NCBI GenBank assembly: GCA_051117555.1 | Contig: JBNPEG010000255.1 | Coordinates: 1 to 30,103 of the forward strand | Direction of reading: 5' to 3' | Length of the DNA stretch: 30,103 nt | Source of the DNA: Elainellaceae cyanobacterium | Lineage (GTDB): Bacteria; Cyanobacteriota; Cyanobacteriia; CAZCXK01 | In this document: positions 17,411 to 26,510 of the stretch, one piece after another | Position numbering within the stretch: the stretch's first letter is position 1 | Layout of the letters: each line of letters opens with the position of its first letter | The notes under the pieces: generated by a model | What the model saw: only the letters and a program-made list of their open reading frames with translations | Databases searched by the model: none | Told to the model about the DNA's origin: nothing | Made by a program: the position numbers and the translations under genes

Positions 17411-18406
17411 ATGGTCAGAGCAATTGTTTTGCTTATTTTGGGATTGGCGATCGCCATTGGCTGTGAAACCGGGATCAATGCCAGTCAATCCTCCTTTACA
17501 ATCGGCCTACCGATTGACTGTGATGTGGGCGAAACCTGTTTTGTCTTGCTCTATCCAGACCGCGACCCCAGCTCTGATGCCGTCGACGTTGGCTGCGGTC
17601 GGATGACCTATGACGGTCATCAGGGGACTGACTTTGCGATTCCCGACGAGCGGGTGATGGCAGCGGGCGTTCCGGTGAAAGCCGTTGCCGAGGGGACCGT
17701 GTTGAGAGTTCGAGATGGCGTCCCCGATCGCCGAATTGAAACACCTGCTCAGGAGAATGAGGTATCCGACCTCGAATGTGGCAATGGTATGGTCGTCGAT
17801 CATGGCGACGGCTGGGAAACCCAATATTGCCATCTTCGCCAGGGCAGTGTGGAGGTAGAGTCGGGCGATCGGGTGACTGCCGACACTACCCTGGGCATGG
17901 TGGGTCAATCGGGGTTGGCATCCTTTCCCCACGTGCATTTGACAGTGCGGCATCAGGGCGATGTCGTTGATCCATTTGTGGGGCTCAATGCTGGCGATGG
18001 CTGTGATGTATCCAAACAACCTCTTTGGCAGGAGCCTCTCCCATATACGCCAACTGGCTTGGTTCGCGCCGGATTTGCTCCTCGCCCTCCCGAACTCGAC
18101 GAACTTTGGGAGGGCGAGTTTTCAGACTCGACATTAGCGGCGTCAAGTCCGGCCTTAATTTTTTGGGCCCAGGCCTATGGGGTGTTGGCGGACGATGTCG
18201 AGTCTATTCAGCTCATTGACCCGAGTGGAGTGGCGATCGCCAACCAGCAGACCCCCTTACAAGACTCAAACCGCATCTGGTTTAGCTATGCAGGCAAGCG
18301 AGGTACGAGTGCAGGCTTCCAACCCGGAACGTGGCAAGGACGATATCGACTGACCCGTGGCGATCGCACGTTGATTGATGTTCAAAAAGAATTGCGCGTC
18401 GAGTAA
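17411..18406 (+). CDS. M23 family metallopeptidase, probably exported or lipid-anchored
   Basis: HQGTDF (HxxxD), CGNGMVVDHGDGWETQYCHL and PHVHL (HxH); N-terminal hydrophobic stretch ending AIG-C (lipobox-like). Start 17393 or 17411. Confidence 0.88.
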   Translation: MVRAIVLLILGLAIAIGCETGINASQSSFTIGLPIDCDVGETCFVLLYPDRDPSSDAVDVGCGRMTYDGHQGTDFAIPDERVMAAGVPVKAVAEGTVLRVRDGVPDRRIETPAQENEVSDLECGNGMVVDHGDGWETQYCHLRQGSVEVESGDRVTADTTLGMVGQSGLASFPHVHLTVRHQGDVVDPFVGLNAGDGCDVSKQPLWQEPLPYTPTGLVRAGFAPRPPELDELWEGEFSDSTLAASSPALIFWAQAYGVLADDVESIQLIDPSGVAIANQQTPLQDSNRIWFSYAGKRGTSAGFQPGTWQGRYRLTRGDRTLIDVQKELRVE

Positions 18407-18419
18407 GGATTCTATCTCG

Positions 18420-18468
18420 CCTTCCGCCCTCCGTCTTCCGTCTTCCGCCCTCCGCCCTCCGTCCTCCT
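18420..18468. repeat. Heptamer short tandem repeat (STRR-like), 7 degenerate copies of YCYTCCG
   Basis: ccttccg ccctccg tcttccg tcttccg ccctccg ccctccg tcctcct, between convergent stop codons. Confidence 0.85.
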
Positions 18469-18474
18469 CTACTC

Positions 18475-19029
18475 TCATTCATGAACCGTGCCATCTGGCA
18501 TAATTGCCCAGCTCAGATTAGCAACTGCATCGCTGATTTGCTCTTTCTGAAGGTTTGCCTGTTTGAGGTTTGCACCTCGCAAAATTGTGCCCTCTAATTT
18601 AGCATCCGTAAAATTGACACGCTGGAGAGCGGCTGCACTCAGATTGGCGCGTGCCAAATTTGCCCAACTCAGATCGGCTCTTTCTAGCTGGGCTTGAGTT
18701 AATTCTGCGTGTTCCAAATTGGTACCCCGAAGCGTTGCGAGAATGAGTTTGGCACCTACTAGATTTGCGCGACGGAGATTTGCGCCCGTTAAATTGGCTC
18801 CGCTGAGATTGGCTTCGCTTAAGTTGGCTTCACTCAAATCTGCCCCCACCAAATCTGCGCCCCCGAAGTCTGCTCCGCTGAGATTGATCCGCCAGAGCTT
18901 AAAACCACTCAAGCTAAGTTCTCGAAAATTGCGCTCTCCTGCCGCATATCGGCGAACTAGGGAGTCTACATCCATCTCTCCCCAACTCACATCCCAGCTT
19001 GGAGGTAGCCATCCAGAACTAGAATTCAT
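18475..19029 (-). CDS. Pentapeptide repeat protein, 184 aa
   Basis: RRYAAGERNF cap, many A(D/N)LxxA repeats, terminal AIMPDGTVH; AGGAGGT RBS before ATG 19029. Confidence 0.93.
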   Translation of the reverse strand: MNSSSGWLPPSWDVSWGEMDVDSLVRRYAAGERNFRELSLSGFKLWRINLSGADFGGADLVGADLSEANLSEANLSGANLTGANLRRANLVGAKLILATLRGTNLEHAELTQAQLERADLSWANLARANLSAAALQRVNFTDAKLEGTILRGANLKQANLQKEQISDAVANLSWAIMPDGTVHE

Positions 19030-19096
19030 GATTAAACCTCCTATTGATACATCAACAGGACTTACGCAAATTCCCATTCTTGACCCTAGATTTAGA

Positions 19097-19121
19097 GCAG
19101 GGTAGGCAATGCCCACTCTAC
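19097..19121 (-). repeat. REP-like palindrome (GTAG-type)
   Basis: Minus strand GTAGAGTGGGCATTGCCTACCCTGC resembles cyanobacterial GTAGGGTGGGCATTGCCCACCCTAC palindromes. Confidence 0.55.
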
Positions 19122-19288
19122 TGGTGCAGGGTTTGCGTAGGTCCTAATCAAAAAACTTAAAACGTGATCTCTAAATCAAAGTTGGCAAACGTTACCTGCG
19201 AGGGATATTTCCTCGCAAGCACGCTAAATTTCAGGCATTGCTCATCGACGAATGATTTGACGAATGATTTTCGGAGGGGCAATAGCCC

Positions 19289-19327
19289 TATGGGCATGGC
19301 TTCGCTAAGGCAGTGCCATGCCCGTAC
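19289..19327 (-). repeat. REP-like palindrome at the core of a larger hairpin
   Basis: TATGGGCATGGC (19289-19300) pairs with GCCATGCCCGTA (19315-19326); the minus strand begins GTACGGGCATGGCACTGCC. Confidence 0.55.
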
Positions 19328-19617
19328 AACGGGTGGGTGGTGGGCTAGTGGTTTCCCTATCATTCATCAATTTCGCAACGCTAAATTTCAAGCAATTTCT
19401 TAAAGAAAAGCCTTCATTTTCTTAAGCTTGGGCTAATCCAGCACAAGCCAACGTTTCTGAAACCATACTCGTTACGACTTCAGCATATATTTCATATTAT
19501 GACTACGCTGAGATTGATGGGATAGTCGAATTCTCAAAACTTATTTAAGCGTGAATCGGGAACTCACAAGGGTTTATTAATCTGTAACGATTTGGAGCGC
19601 AGATTCGATCGATTACT

Positions 19618-19679
19618 TCCAATTCGCTAGATCCAATTCGCTAGATCCAATTCGCTAGATCCAATTCGCTAGATCCAAT
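19618..19679. repeat. 14-bp perfect tandem repeat (TCCAATTCGCTAGA x4.4)
   Basis: Read directly; lies about 10 nt beyond the stop codon of the YyaL-like gene; no spacers. Confidence 0.95.
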
Positions 19680-19689
19680 ATACGGAACC

Positions 19690-21771
19690 TCAATGTCCTC
19701 GAATCTGACTGTCGTGCAATTGGGTTTGCAGGTGATCCCACGTTTGAGCAGGCTCTTGACAACTGAGCCCTTGGCAAACGAGTCCGACTGCTCCGTCGGG
19801 TAAGTCCGATTCGATTAAATAAACGGTCGTTGGAAAATACTGAGCCAATAATGCAGCGAGATGTTCGCCGGATGTTCGCACTAGCGTGTAGTTTTGATAC
19901 CAGTCTAGTGCTGTAAATAAGGTCGGACACGCTCTCGGCGCACGATTCATCACCGTACTAAAGGATTGGAGTGCTTGTTCAGCGCAGCTCAGATAGTCTA
20001 GGTTTTCGGTTGATAGGGCAAGGCGAACTAAGTTGGCGATCGCCACTCCATTGGCAGACGGGGTCGCATTGTCTTCATAGCTGCGTTCTCGTACCACCAA
20101 ATCACCACTCGCATCACTCGCCGTGTTGTAGTAGCCTCCGAGTTCGATGCTCCATAGCCACTGATCGAATTCATCATGGAGTTTGACGGCCTGGTCTAGC
20201 CAGGTTGAAGCATCAGAACGTGCGTGAGGCGATCGCTGGGACACGAGCGCCGCCTGATGGAGGTCGAGCAGAGCCTTGATAAACAGGGCATAATCTTCTG
20301 ACTGTGCCAATACCGCAGATTCGCCATCGTAGTTGAGTCGGTGAAAGCGTCCATCGATCCATTGATAGTCCAAAATGAACCGCGCGGCCTCGGCTGCCAT
20401 CGTGTAGTAGTCCAAATTCTCAAACACGATAGAGGCGCGTGCCAAGCCTGAAATCATTAGGCTATTCCATGCCACGATCATCTTAGTGTCGGTAACGGAT
20501 GGGATGCGTCCACTCCATGATTTAGATTTCGCGTCGTGATTATTTCGAGCGGGCGGCATCGTGAAGGCCGTATCGGGATGGTTGCCATACCGGGCTCGAA
20601 ACAGCTTGCTCAAAATGAGTTCGGTTGAATGGCTCAGCTCTCCGGGATGGCGACGTTGTAAGACGTTTTTACCCTCAAAGTTGCCTTCAGAGGTGATGGT
20701 AAACGCCTCTGCTAATTCACGCAGTTCGTCATCGGTTAGCAGTTCGGAGAGTTCTGCATACGACCAGACATAAAATGCTCCTTCTTCCGGCTCCACATCG
20801 CTCGGAGTCTCGAAGCTGTCAGCATCTTGAGCCGCATAAAAGAACCCCTGAGGAGCCGTCATCTCTCGCTTGAGCCACTCGACTGTTTTGGCGATCGCCC
20901 GCTCAAATGCAGGGTCTTTGACTCCAAATGCCCATAGATTAGCGAGATATTCTACAATTTGCCCGTTATCGTAGAGCATTTTTTCAAAATGGGGCACCGT
21001 CCATGTGGGATCAACCGTATAGCGGTGAAACCCTCCTCCCACATGGTCACAGATGCCGCCCAATGCCAAATCTAATCCGCGCTGTTTCGCCAAATCAGCG
21101 GCATCATAGCGAGCATTCTCAAATTTAAATCGCGCGCCTTGCAGAGCCGCATCCGCATAGGGAATCATCGGGAACCGAGGGCCTGGTCCTCCTGCTGTAA
21201 GAATGCCTGCGCTGTTTTCTAAGCCGGTACGCAGCACGTCTGATTCGAACTGCTCGTGCGGGAGCGCAGAAGCCCGTTGGAGCCGTCCACGAATTTCATC
21301 GGTGACTGATTGCACCTTCTCGTGTTCGGTGTCATAAAATCCACGAATGGCCTGAAGCACCTGTAAAAATCCAGGTCGCCCGTAGCGAGGTTCTAATGGA
21401 AAGTAAGTGCCTCCATAGAAAGGAACGAGATCGTCTGGAGAAAGAAAAACGTTGAGAGGCCATCCGCCTTGCCCGACCATGAGTTGCAGAGCTTGCATAT
21501 AAATGCTGTCGAGGTCAGGACGTTCTTCTCGATCGACTTTGATGGGCACAAAATTGTCGTTCATGTAGTTGGCGATCGCCCGATCCGAGAAAGCTTCCCC
21601 CTCCATTACCGTGCACCAGTGACAGCTTGAATAGCCAATCGACAGGAAAATTGGCTTGTTTTCGCGTGCCGCCTTCTCTAAGGCTTCGTCACACCACGAC
21701 CACCAATCAATCGGGTTTTCGGCGTGCTTTCGCAGATAGAGACTCTGGGACTGGGCGAGACGATTTGTCAT
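19690..21771 (-). CDS. Thioredoxin domain-containing protein, YyaL/DUF255 (SPATA20-like)
   Basis: [62 protein letters not shown] and DNATPSANG. Confidence 0.93.
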   Translation of the reverse strand: MTNRLAQSQSLYLRKHAENPIDWWSWCDEALEKAARENKPIFLSIGYSSCHWCTVMEGEAFSDRAIANYMNDNFVPIKVDREERPDLDSIYMQALQLMVGQGGWPLNVFLSPDDLVPFYGGTYFPLEPRYGRPGFLQVLQAIRGFYDTEHEKVQSVTDEIRGRLQRASALPHEQFESDVLRTGLENSAGILTAGGPGPRFPMIPYADAALQGARFKFENARYDAADLAKQRGLDLALGGICDHVGGGFHRYTVDPTWTVPHFEKMLYDNGQIVEYLANLWAFGVKDPAFERAIAKTVEWLKREMTAPQGFFYAAQDADSFETPSDVEPEEGAFYVWSYAELSELLTDDELRELAEAFTITSEGNFEGKNVLQRRHPGELSHSTELILSKLFRARYGNHPDTAFTMPPARNNHDAKSKSWSGRIPSVTDTKMIVAWNSLMISGLARASIVFENLDYYTMAAEAARFILDYQWIDGRFHRLNYDGESAVLAQSEDYALFIKALLDLHQAALVSQRSPHARSDASTWLDQAVKLHDEFDQWLWSIELGGYYNTASDASGDLVVRERSYEDNATPSANGVAIANLVRLALSTENLDYLSCAEQALQSFSTVMNRAPRACPTLFTALDWYQNYTLVRTSGEHLAALLAQYFPTTVYLIESDLPDGAVGLVCQGLSCQEPAQTWDHLQTQLHDSQIRGH

Positions 21772-21919
21772 GGGAGCAAGTCCAAATTCGGCAGGGGCTT
21801 ACTCTCAAAGTCTATCGTGATGCCTCTGCCAAGATGAGGCACTTTGGAGGGATATCCTAACTAGGCGTGTCTCCGAAATGTCGTGCTTCTTAAGCAACCA
21901 CACGATTGACAGATATCTC

Positions 21920-23995
21920 CTAGAAGCGATCGCCCACGTTAAAGTGCAAGACCGTATCGCCCTCACTACCAAACCCAACCTCAAATCGAACCAACCCAAA
22001 GGGCGATTCTGCTAAGATTCCGGGGCCGCCACCAAAGCCAAAGCCTGGTTTGTCACGAACCTCAGCCGGCCTCCCGACAACCGTTTCATCGGAGCCCAAA
22101 TCTGAGGCAACATCAAAAAACAGACTCCCTCGAAGCGGAATCTCTTCTCCAAAAATTCGGAAGCTCAGAATCGGGAACCGATACTCAGCCGTCGCTTGCA
22201 CAAAGCTTCGTCCGCTGCCAACATCTCCTGCGGGGAAGCCTCGAACCGAACTTGAGCCCCCCAAGGTAAATGCTTCATAGGGAGGCAGATCGCCAATCAC
22301 AGTCCCTCCCTGAACATTCAAGATCAGGGTACGAGGGCCTTCATCAAACCCAAAGAGATTAAGGGGGACAAACTGCACATAGTTTGCTGAAAGCCGATTG
22401 TGTAAAATATCGGCTTCTCCGACCGGAATGGATTGGTCAGTGCCAAATCGAAATCGAAACCCGTCCGTCGGATATATAGGTCTGTCTCGCCGATCTAGAA
22501 AATACGCAAAATTGAGCGTCAGCAAATCATCTCTACCGTCTTCGCTAATCGTTAGGGCGTTGCCTAACTCATCTTCCGTTACTAAATCACTTCCTAAAAT
22601 GAAGAGATCATCCCGGACGGTGACTCGCTGATAGGAGATGCCCAGGGCACCACTCGACGTATCTGAAAATTCACGAGTAATCTGGGCTCCTCCTCCCCAC
22701 CGATGCACCCAAGGTGTTTCTCCACCGGCTAGCTCGACATCACGAGGACCTCCGGTAAAAATTGGCGAGATATAGCCAAGAGCAAATCCATTTAGCCCAT
22801 AGCCGGTTTGGGGTGACGTACCTGCAATCCACGGATCAGAAAACGTCAGGTCAATGCCCCCTACCCGAAGGCCACCAATCACACTAAGCAGCAAGTCTTG
22901 GTCATTTCCGCCTAGATTTAAGGTGCCAAAGCGCAGCGGCAGCCTGAACGCACTGAACCGAAGTGGGTGCGTTGTGACAGGTCGAGGAAGGGTAGGCCCC
23001 TGTAGTATCGAGGGTTCTGGGGCATCAATGTCTGGAATGATGACAAAATATCGATGGTCTCCAGCAAAGACATCTGCAAATGAACTGACGCTATCAAACG
23101 AGCCACTTCCCTCTTCCACGGTCACGACCATAGTCACTTGATCCGGATCATCGGCGGGTTCTAACGTGAGGCTGGCTTGCCTAACGGGGTCTAAATCCAT
23201 CACCCGCGTCAACCCGTTCTGAGCAAGCTCGGGGTCATACGAATCGCCAGGTTGCAAGTCAAATTCCCGCGTGATCACAAAATCGCGGGTTAATCCGTCG
23301 ATTGGCTCACCGTCTGCGTCAACAAATCGCACCTCAATATCAGAGACAATTTCTCCGCTGCCCTCAGGGACTGTCGTTTCATCCTGTTTGCTCTGTAGCC
23401 CAATGAAAGTCGTAAAGTCGTCAATTTCGTCGAGTTGGGTTAGATAGACAGGACGATTCAGCAAATCGGCTGCATGAGTTGACAGTTGCGTATCCACCGT
23501 CTCGCTGATCGCTGGCAGATCTGAGTCTAATTCTTCTGAGTCTAATTCTTGAGGTAGCTGAGAGCCTGATTCGGGCTGAATGGATGGAGTCTGAGTAGCG
23601 GGCTGACGTGTAGTAGAGTCTGCTACATCAATATCTAAATTGTTAGTAGGTTGACGATTTGGATGCTCATATAATGATGTATTATCTAACAACCCGAGAT
23701 CAGATGAATAGGAATCGAGCAATGCTTGATCCTGTTGAACATCAACTATTGCAGGTGTGAGTGTGTTAGACAGCACGTTGTGAGATGAAGAGGCATTTCC
23801 TGCTGTAATCGGTGCTGCTGTTGACTCAGAAGGCGCATCAGACGTGAGCAATTCAATCACATGATGTTGAATCACCTGTGCGTTGGTTAGGTCTTGTCCG
23901 TAGCTTGCCGTCGCCATCAGGAGGTTGCCAATGGATCCTCCCAGCGCGATCGCCACAATAACCCTGAGCTGAAATGATATGCGTGCAGATAACAT
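21920..23995 (-). CDS. Omp85/BamA-TamA family outer membrane protein with long acidic N-terminus and apparently one POTRA domain
   Basis: Signal-like N-terminus, POTRA-like segment (TRDFVITREFDLQPGDSY), barrel motifs NLGGNDQ, FSDPWI, LGGSSSVRGF, AEYRFPI, C-terminal HFNVGDRF. GAGGA RBS favours ATG 23995. Confidence 0.9.
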   Translation of the reverse strand: MLSARISFQLRVIVAIALGGSIGNLLMATASYGQDLTNAQVIQHHVIELLTSDAPSESTAAPITAGNASSSHNVLSNTLTPAIVDVQQDQALLDSYSSDLGLLDNTSLYEHPNRQPTNNLDIDVADSTTRQPATQTPSIQPESGSQLPQELDSEELDSDLPAISETVDTQLSTHAADLLNRPVYLTQLDEIDDFTTFIGLQSKQDETTVPEGSGEIVSDIEVRFVDADGEPIDGLTRDFVITREFDLQPGDSYDPELAQNGLTRVMDLDPVRQASLTLEPADDPDQVTMVVTVEEGSGSFDSVSSFADVFAGDHRYFVIIPDIDAPEPSILQGPTLPRPVTTHPLRFSAFRLPLRFGTLNLGGNDQDLLLSVIGGLRVGGIDLTFSDPWIAGTSPQTGYGLNGFALGYISPIFTGGPRDVELAGGETPWVHRWGGGAQITREFSDTSSGALGISYQRVTVRDDLFILGSDLVTEDELGNALTISEDGRDDLLTLNFAYFLDRRDRPIYPTDGFRFRFGTDQSIPVGEADILHNRLSANYVQFVPLNLFGFDEGPRTLILNVQGGTVIGDLPPYEAFTLGGSSSVRGFPAGDVGSGRSFVQATAEYRFPILSFRIFGEEIPLRGSLFFDVASDLGSDETVVGRPAEVRDKPGFGFGGGPGILAESPFGLVRFEVGFGSEGDTVLHFNVGDRF

Positions 23996-24308
23996 TATGT
24001 GGGTCCTCACACGTTAATTTGGACTCAATAATTTAGACTCAATAACTAAACAGTGTCTACGTTCAAAGTCGGAATCCTGACCTAGCAAGAGCGACCGACC
24101 CCAATACTAGACGCGGTTTAGTCAAAAATTTAATAAATTCCAGTCATATCCTAAGCAGGATGAGCATAGAGTTTCTGTAATTCTTGTAAATCGCAACAAT
24201 TCCCAAGAAAGGCCCAAATCTTCCGGATATGGAGACTTTTTCGGCGTATTCTTTGTTCCTCATTCGCTGAGAGTTGTCAGCAGAGCTTAACCTACTGGCG
24301 TGGCACAG

Positions 24309-25019
24309 CTAATCGCTTGGCAGAGTTTTGTTGGGTGAGGTTGGAGCATCTAAGGGGGCATCTAAGGGAGCGATCGCCCCAGCACGGCAATCTCTTAGCC
24401 ACAGCCGAATGGCTTGGGCAATGACCCCCTGGCTGCTGTCACGGGGAGGCGACTGGGGCTGATTATCTGGGTAGCCGCCGATGCGCGAAGCCATGAGCCC
24501 AAACCACCAGCCTCGTTCTGTTTTTCCTAAAAAAAGCCAATGAAAATGTTGCAATAGCTCGGTATTATCGCCCACATATTCCCGCTCTAGGGTGGTAAAA
24601 AACACTTGCTGGAGAGCTGAGGGGGAATCAGACGGGGCAGGATTGTAGCTGCCTGGCCCCAGGGTGAGGGGCATAAATTCAGGCTGTGCGGCCAAAATCA
24701 CAAACGTGTAGAGGTCAACGATGCGATCGCGATCGCGGGCTCTTTGACTGACTCGATTGGCATATCCGGGCAGATCGCGCAGCATGAGCTGCGTGAGCGT
24801 CTCCAAATCATCAGGACACGATATTCTCACCTGGATCAGGTCATCTTGTTTCAAGTCAGCAGGAGGCGAGTCTGTTTGGGCGCCGTATTGAACCCGTACC
24901 GACGTTGAGGATAAAGGTGGATTGACACGCGAATCTGCCCTGGGCGGCTGAGAGGCGATCGCCCCCCCCGCTAGTACACTGGTCACACCTACCCACCCAA
25001 AAACTCGTTTCCACTTCAT
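24309..25019 (-). CDS. Conserved cyanobacterial hypothetical protein, probably exported
   Basis: Signal-like N-terminus; blocks CPDDLETL..LMLRDLPGYANRVSQR, QVFFTTLERQ-like, HWLFL and PPRDSSQGVIAQAIRLWLRDC. Confidence 0.8.
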   Translation of the reverse strand: MKWKRVFGWVGVTSVLAGGAIASQPPRADSRVNPPLSSTSVRVQYGAQTDSPPADLKQDDLIQVRISCPDDLETLTQLMLRDLPGYANRVSQRARDRDRIVDLYTFVILAAQPEFMPLTLGPGSYNPAPSDSPSALQQVFFTTLEREYVGDNTELLQHFHWLFLGKTERGWWFGLMASRIGGYPDNQPQSPPRDSSQGVIAQAIRLWLRDCRAGAIAPLDAPLDAPTSPNKTLPSD

Positions 25020-25056
25020 AACGGATATGGAATGAACGTCTCAGCCATGATGCATT

Positions 25057-25788
25057 CTAATCGCTGGGGTCAGATCCTGTGCCAATTTCGTCGCAAATTC
25101 GCTGAAATGCAGCAGGCGGGTCGTCTGACGCTGTAATGGGTCGACCGATTACCAAATAATCGGCTCCTGCGTTGAGCGCGGCTGATGGAGTGAGCGATCG
25201 CCGCTGATCGCCTGCACGTGCCCAGGTCGGACGCACTCCCGGACACACCAACAAAAAATCGTCGCCGCACACGGATCGAATTTGCCCTGCCTCCTGAGGA
25301 GAACACACCGCTCCCGCTAGATTACTGTCCTTGGCGAGTAGCGCCATTTTGAGGGCATAGTCAGGGAGCTCTAGCGGAACCTTTAAATCAAACGCCAATG
25401 CGCGAGAATCTAAGCTCGTCAGTAGGGTAATGGCAATCAGCTTAGGTGGTGCGAGCCCACGTTGAGCCGCTTCTTCGTAAACGGCCTGCTGGGCACTCTC
25501 CAATGCATTGCGTCCTGCCGCCGCATGGACGGTGATTAAATCAACGCCATAGCGTGCTGCGGCTCGACACGCCCCTACGACCGTATTCGGGATATCGTGA
25601 AACTTGAGATCGAGAAAAATTCGCAATTGTCGATCGTTGAGGTGGCGGAGAATCGAAGGACCAACGCTCACAAACAGCTCTAACCCAACTTTCCAAAAGG
25701 TGACATTGGGGAGCTGATCGAGGAGGGCGATCGCCTCCGCCTCGGTAGAAACATCAAGTGGGACAATAATGCGCTCTGCTGGGGTCAT
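25057..25788 (-). CDS. pyrF: Orotidine-5'-phosphate decarboxylase
   Basis: [26 protein letters not shown] (DxKxxDIxxT), VCPGVRP, DQRR and [12 protein letters not shown]. Confidence 0.97.
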   Translation of the reverse strand: MTPAERIIVPLDVSTEAEAIALLDQLPNVTFWKVGLELFVSVGPSILRHLNDRQLRIFLDLKFHDIPNTVVGACRAAARYGVDLITVHAAAGRNALESAQQAVYEEAAQRGLAPPKLIAITLLTSLDSRALAFDLKVPLELPDYALKMALLAKDSNLAGAVCSPQEAGQIRSVCGDDFLLVCPGVRPTWARAGDQRRSLTPSAALNAGADYLVIGRPITASDDPPAAFQRICDEIGTGSDPSD

Positions 25789-26025
25789 GACACAACTCAC
25801 GGGCTGCTTTTATTCTCTCATCCCATCCCCGCTCTACCCTAAAATCCGTACCTCGCCCCTATTTAGATAACTTTCAAGCTGAACTAAAATTAAAGATACA
25901 CGGTTAATGCGAATGCATACTTTCGTATCACCCTATTTGTCCCGCTGCTTCTGGCGATCGCCCACGAGAGGCTATAGGCAGCAAGGTTGTAGACCACACC
26001 AGTAGAGCACACTAACACTAGAGCA

Positions 26026-26343
26026 ATGGGATTCTTCGACTCTGAGATTGTTCAGCAAGAAGCCAAGAAGCTATTTGAGGACTATCAATCTCTCATGCAG
26101 CTAGGTGGCGACTATGGCAAATTTGACCGAGAAGGAAAAAAGCTTTACATCGAACAGATGGAAGCCATGATGGATCGCTACCACATTTTCATGAAGCGGT
26201 TTGAGCTTTCCGAAGATTTTATGGCTCAAATGACAGTAGAGCAGTTAAAGACTCAGCTCGGTCAGTTTGGAGTGACCCCTGATCAAATGTTCGAGCAGAT
26301 GCATAGAACTCTAGAACGCATGAAAGCCGAGATTGAAAATTAG
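26026..26343 (+). CDS. DUF1825 family protein
   Basis: MGFFDSEIVQQEAKKLFEDYQSL..YGKFDREGKK..FMKRFELSEDF is characteristic of this cyanobacterial family. Confidence 0.88.
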   Translation: MGFFDSEIVQQEAKKLFEDYQSLMQLGGDYGKFDREGKKLYIEQMEAMMDRYHIFMKRFELSEDFMAQMTVEQLKTQLGQFGVTPDQMFEQMHRTLERMKAEIEN

Positions 26344-26510
26344 ACCTCATCTAGTCCAGATCTAGAGTTCTGCCTGCGAGAAAATTCCAGATTTCGAGCT
26401 AAATTTTGGTACGGCCACAAAACTGCTCTAAAAAAAGTTCGGTTTTCCGAAATGACGTTAATCAGCGATTCATTACAGAGATTTATTACAGATTGACTCA
26501 TTACGGAAGA

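Noticed and set aside
17507..18019. 170-aa antisense ORF, and similar shadows at 4083-4544, 5218-5649, 7480-7854 and 18719-19105
   Set aside because: They lie wholly or largely within well-supported genes; these are shadow frames with no motifs.
19157..19403. Overlapping 68-aa and 79-aa ORFs
   Set aside because: They run through palindromic repeats and lack an RBS or protein-like composition.
19618..19679. CRISPR array
   Set aside because: The 14-bp units abut with no spacers and no cas genes are nearby.
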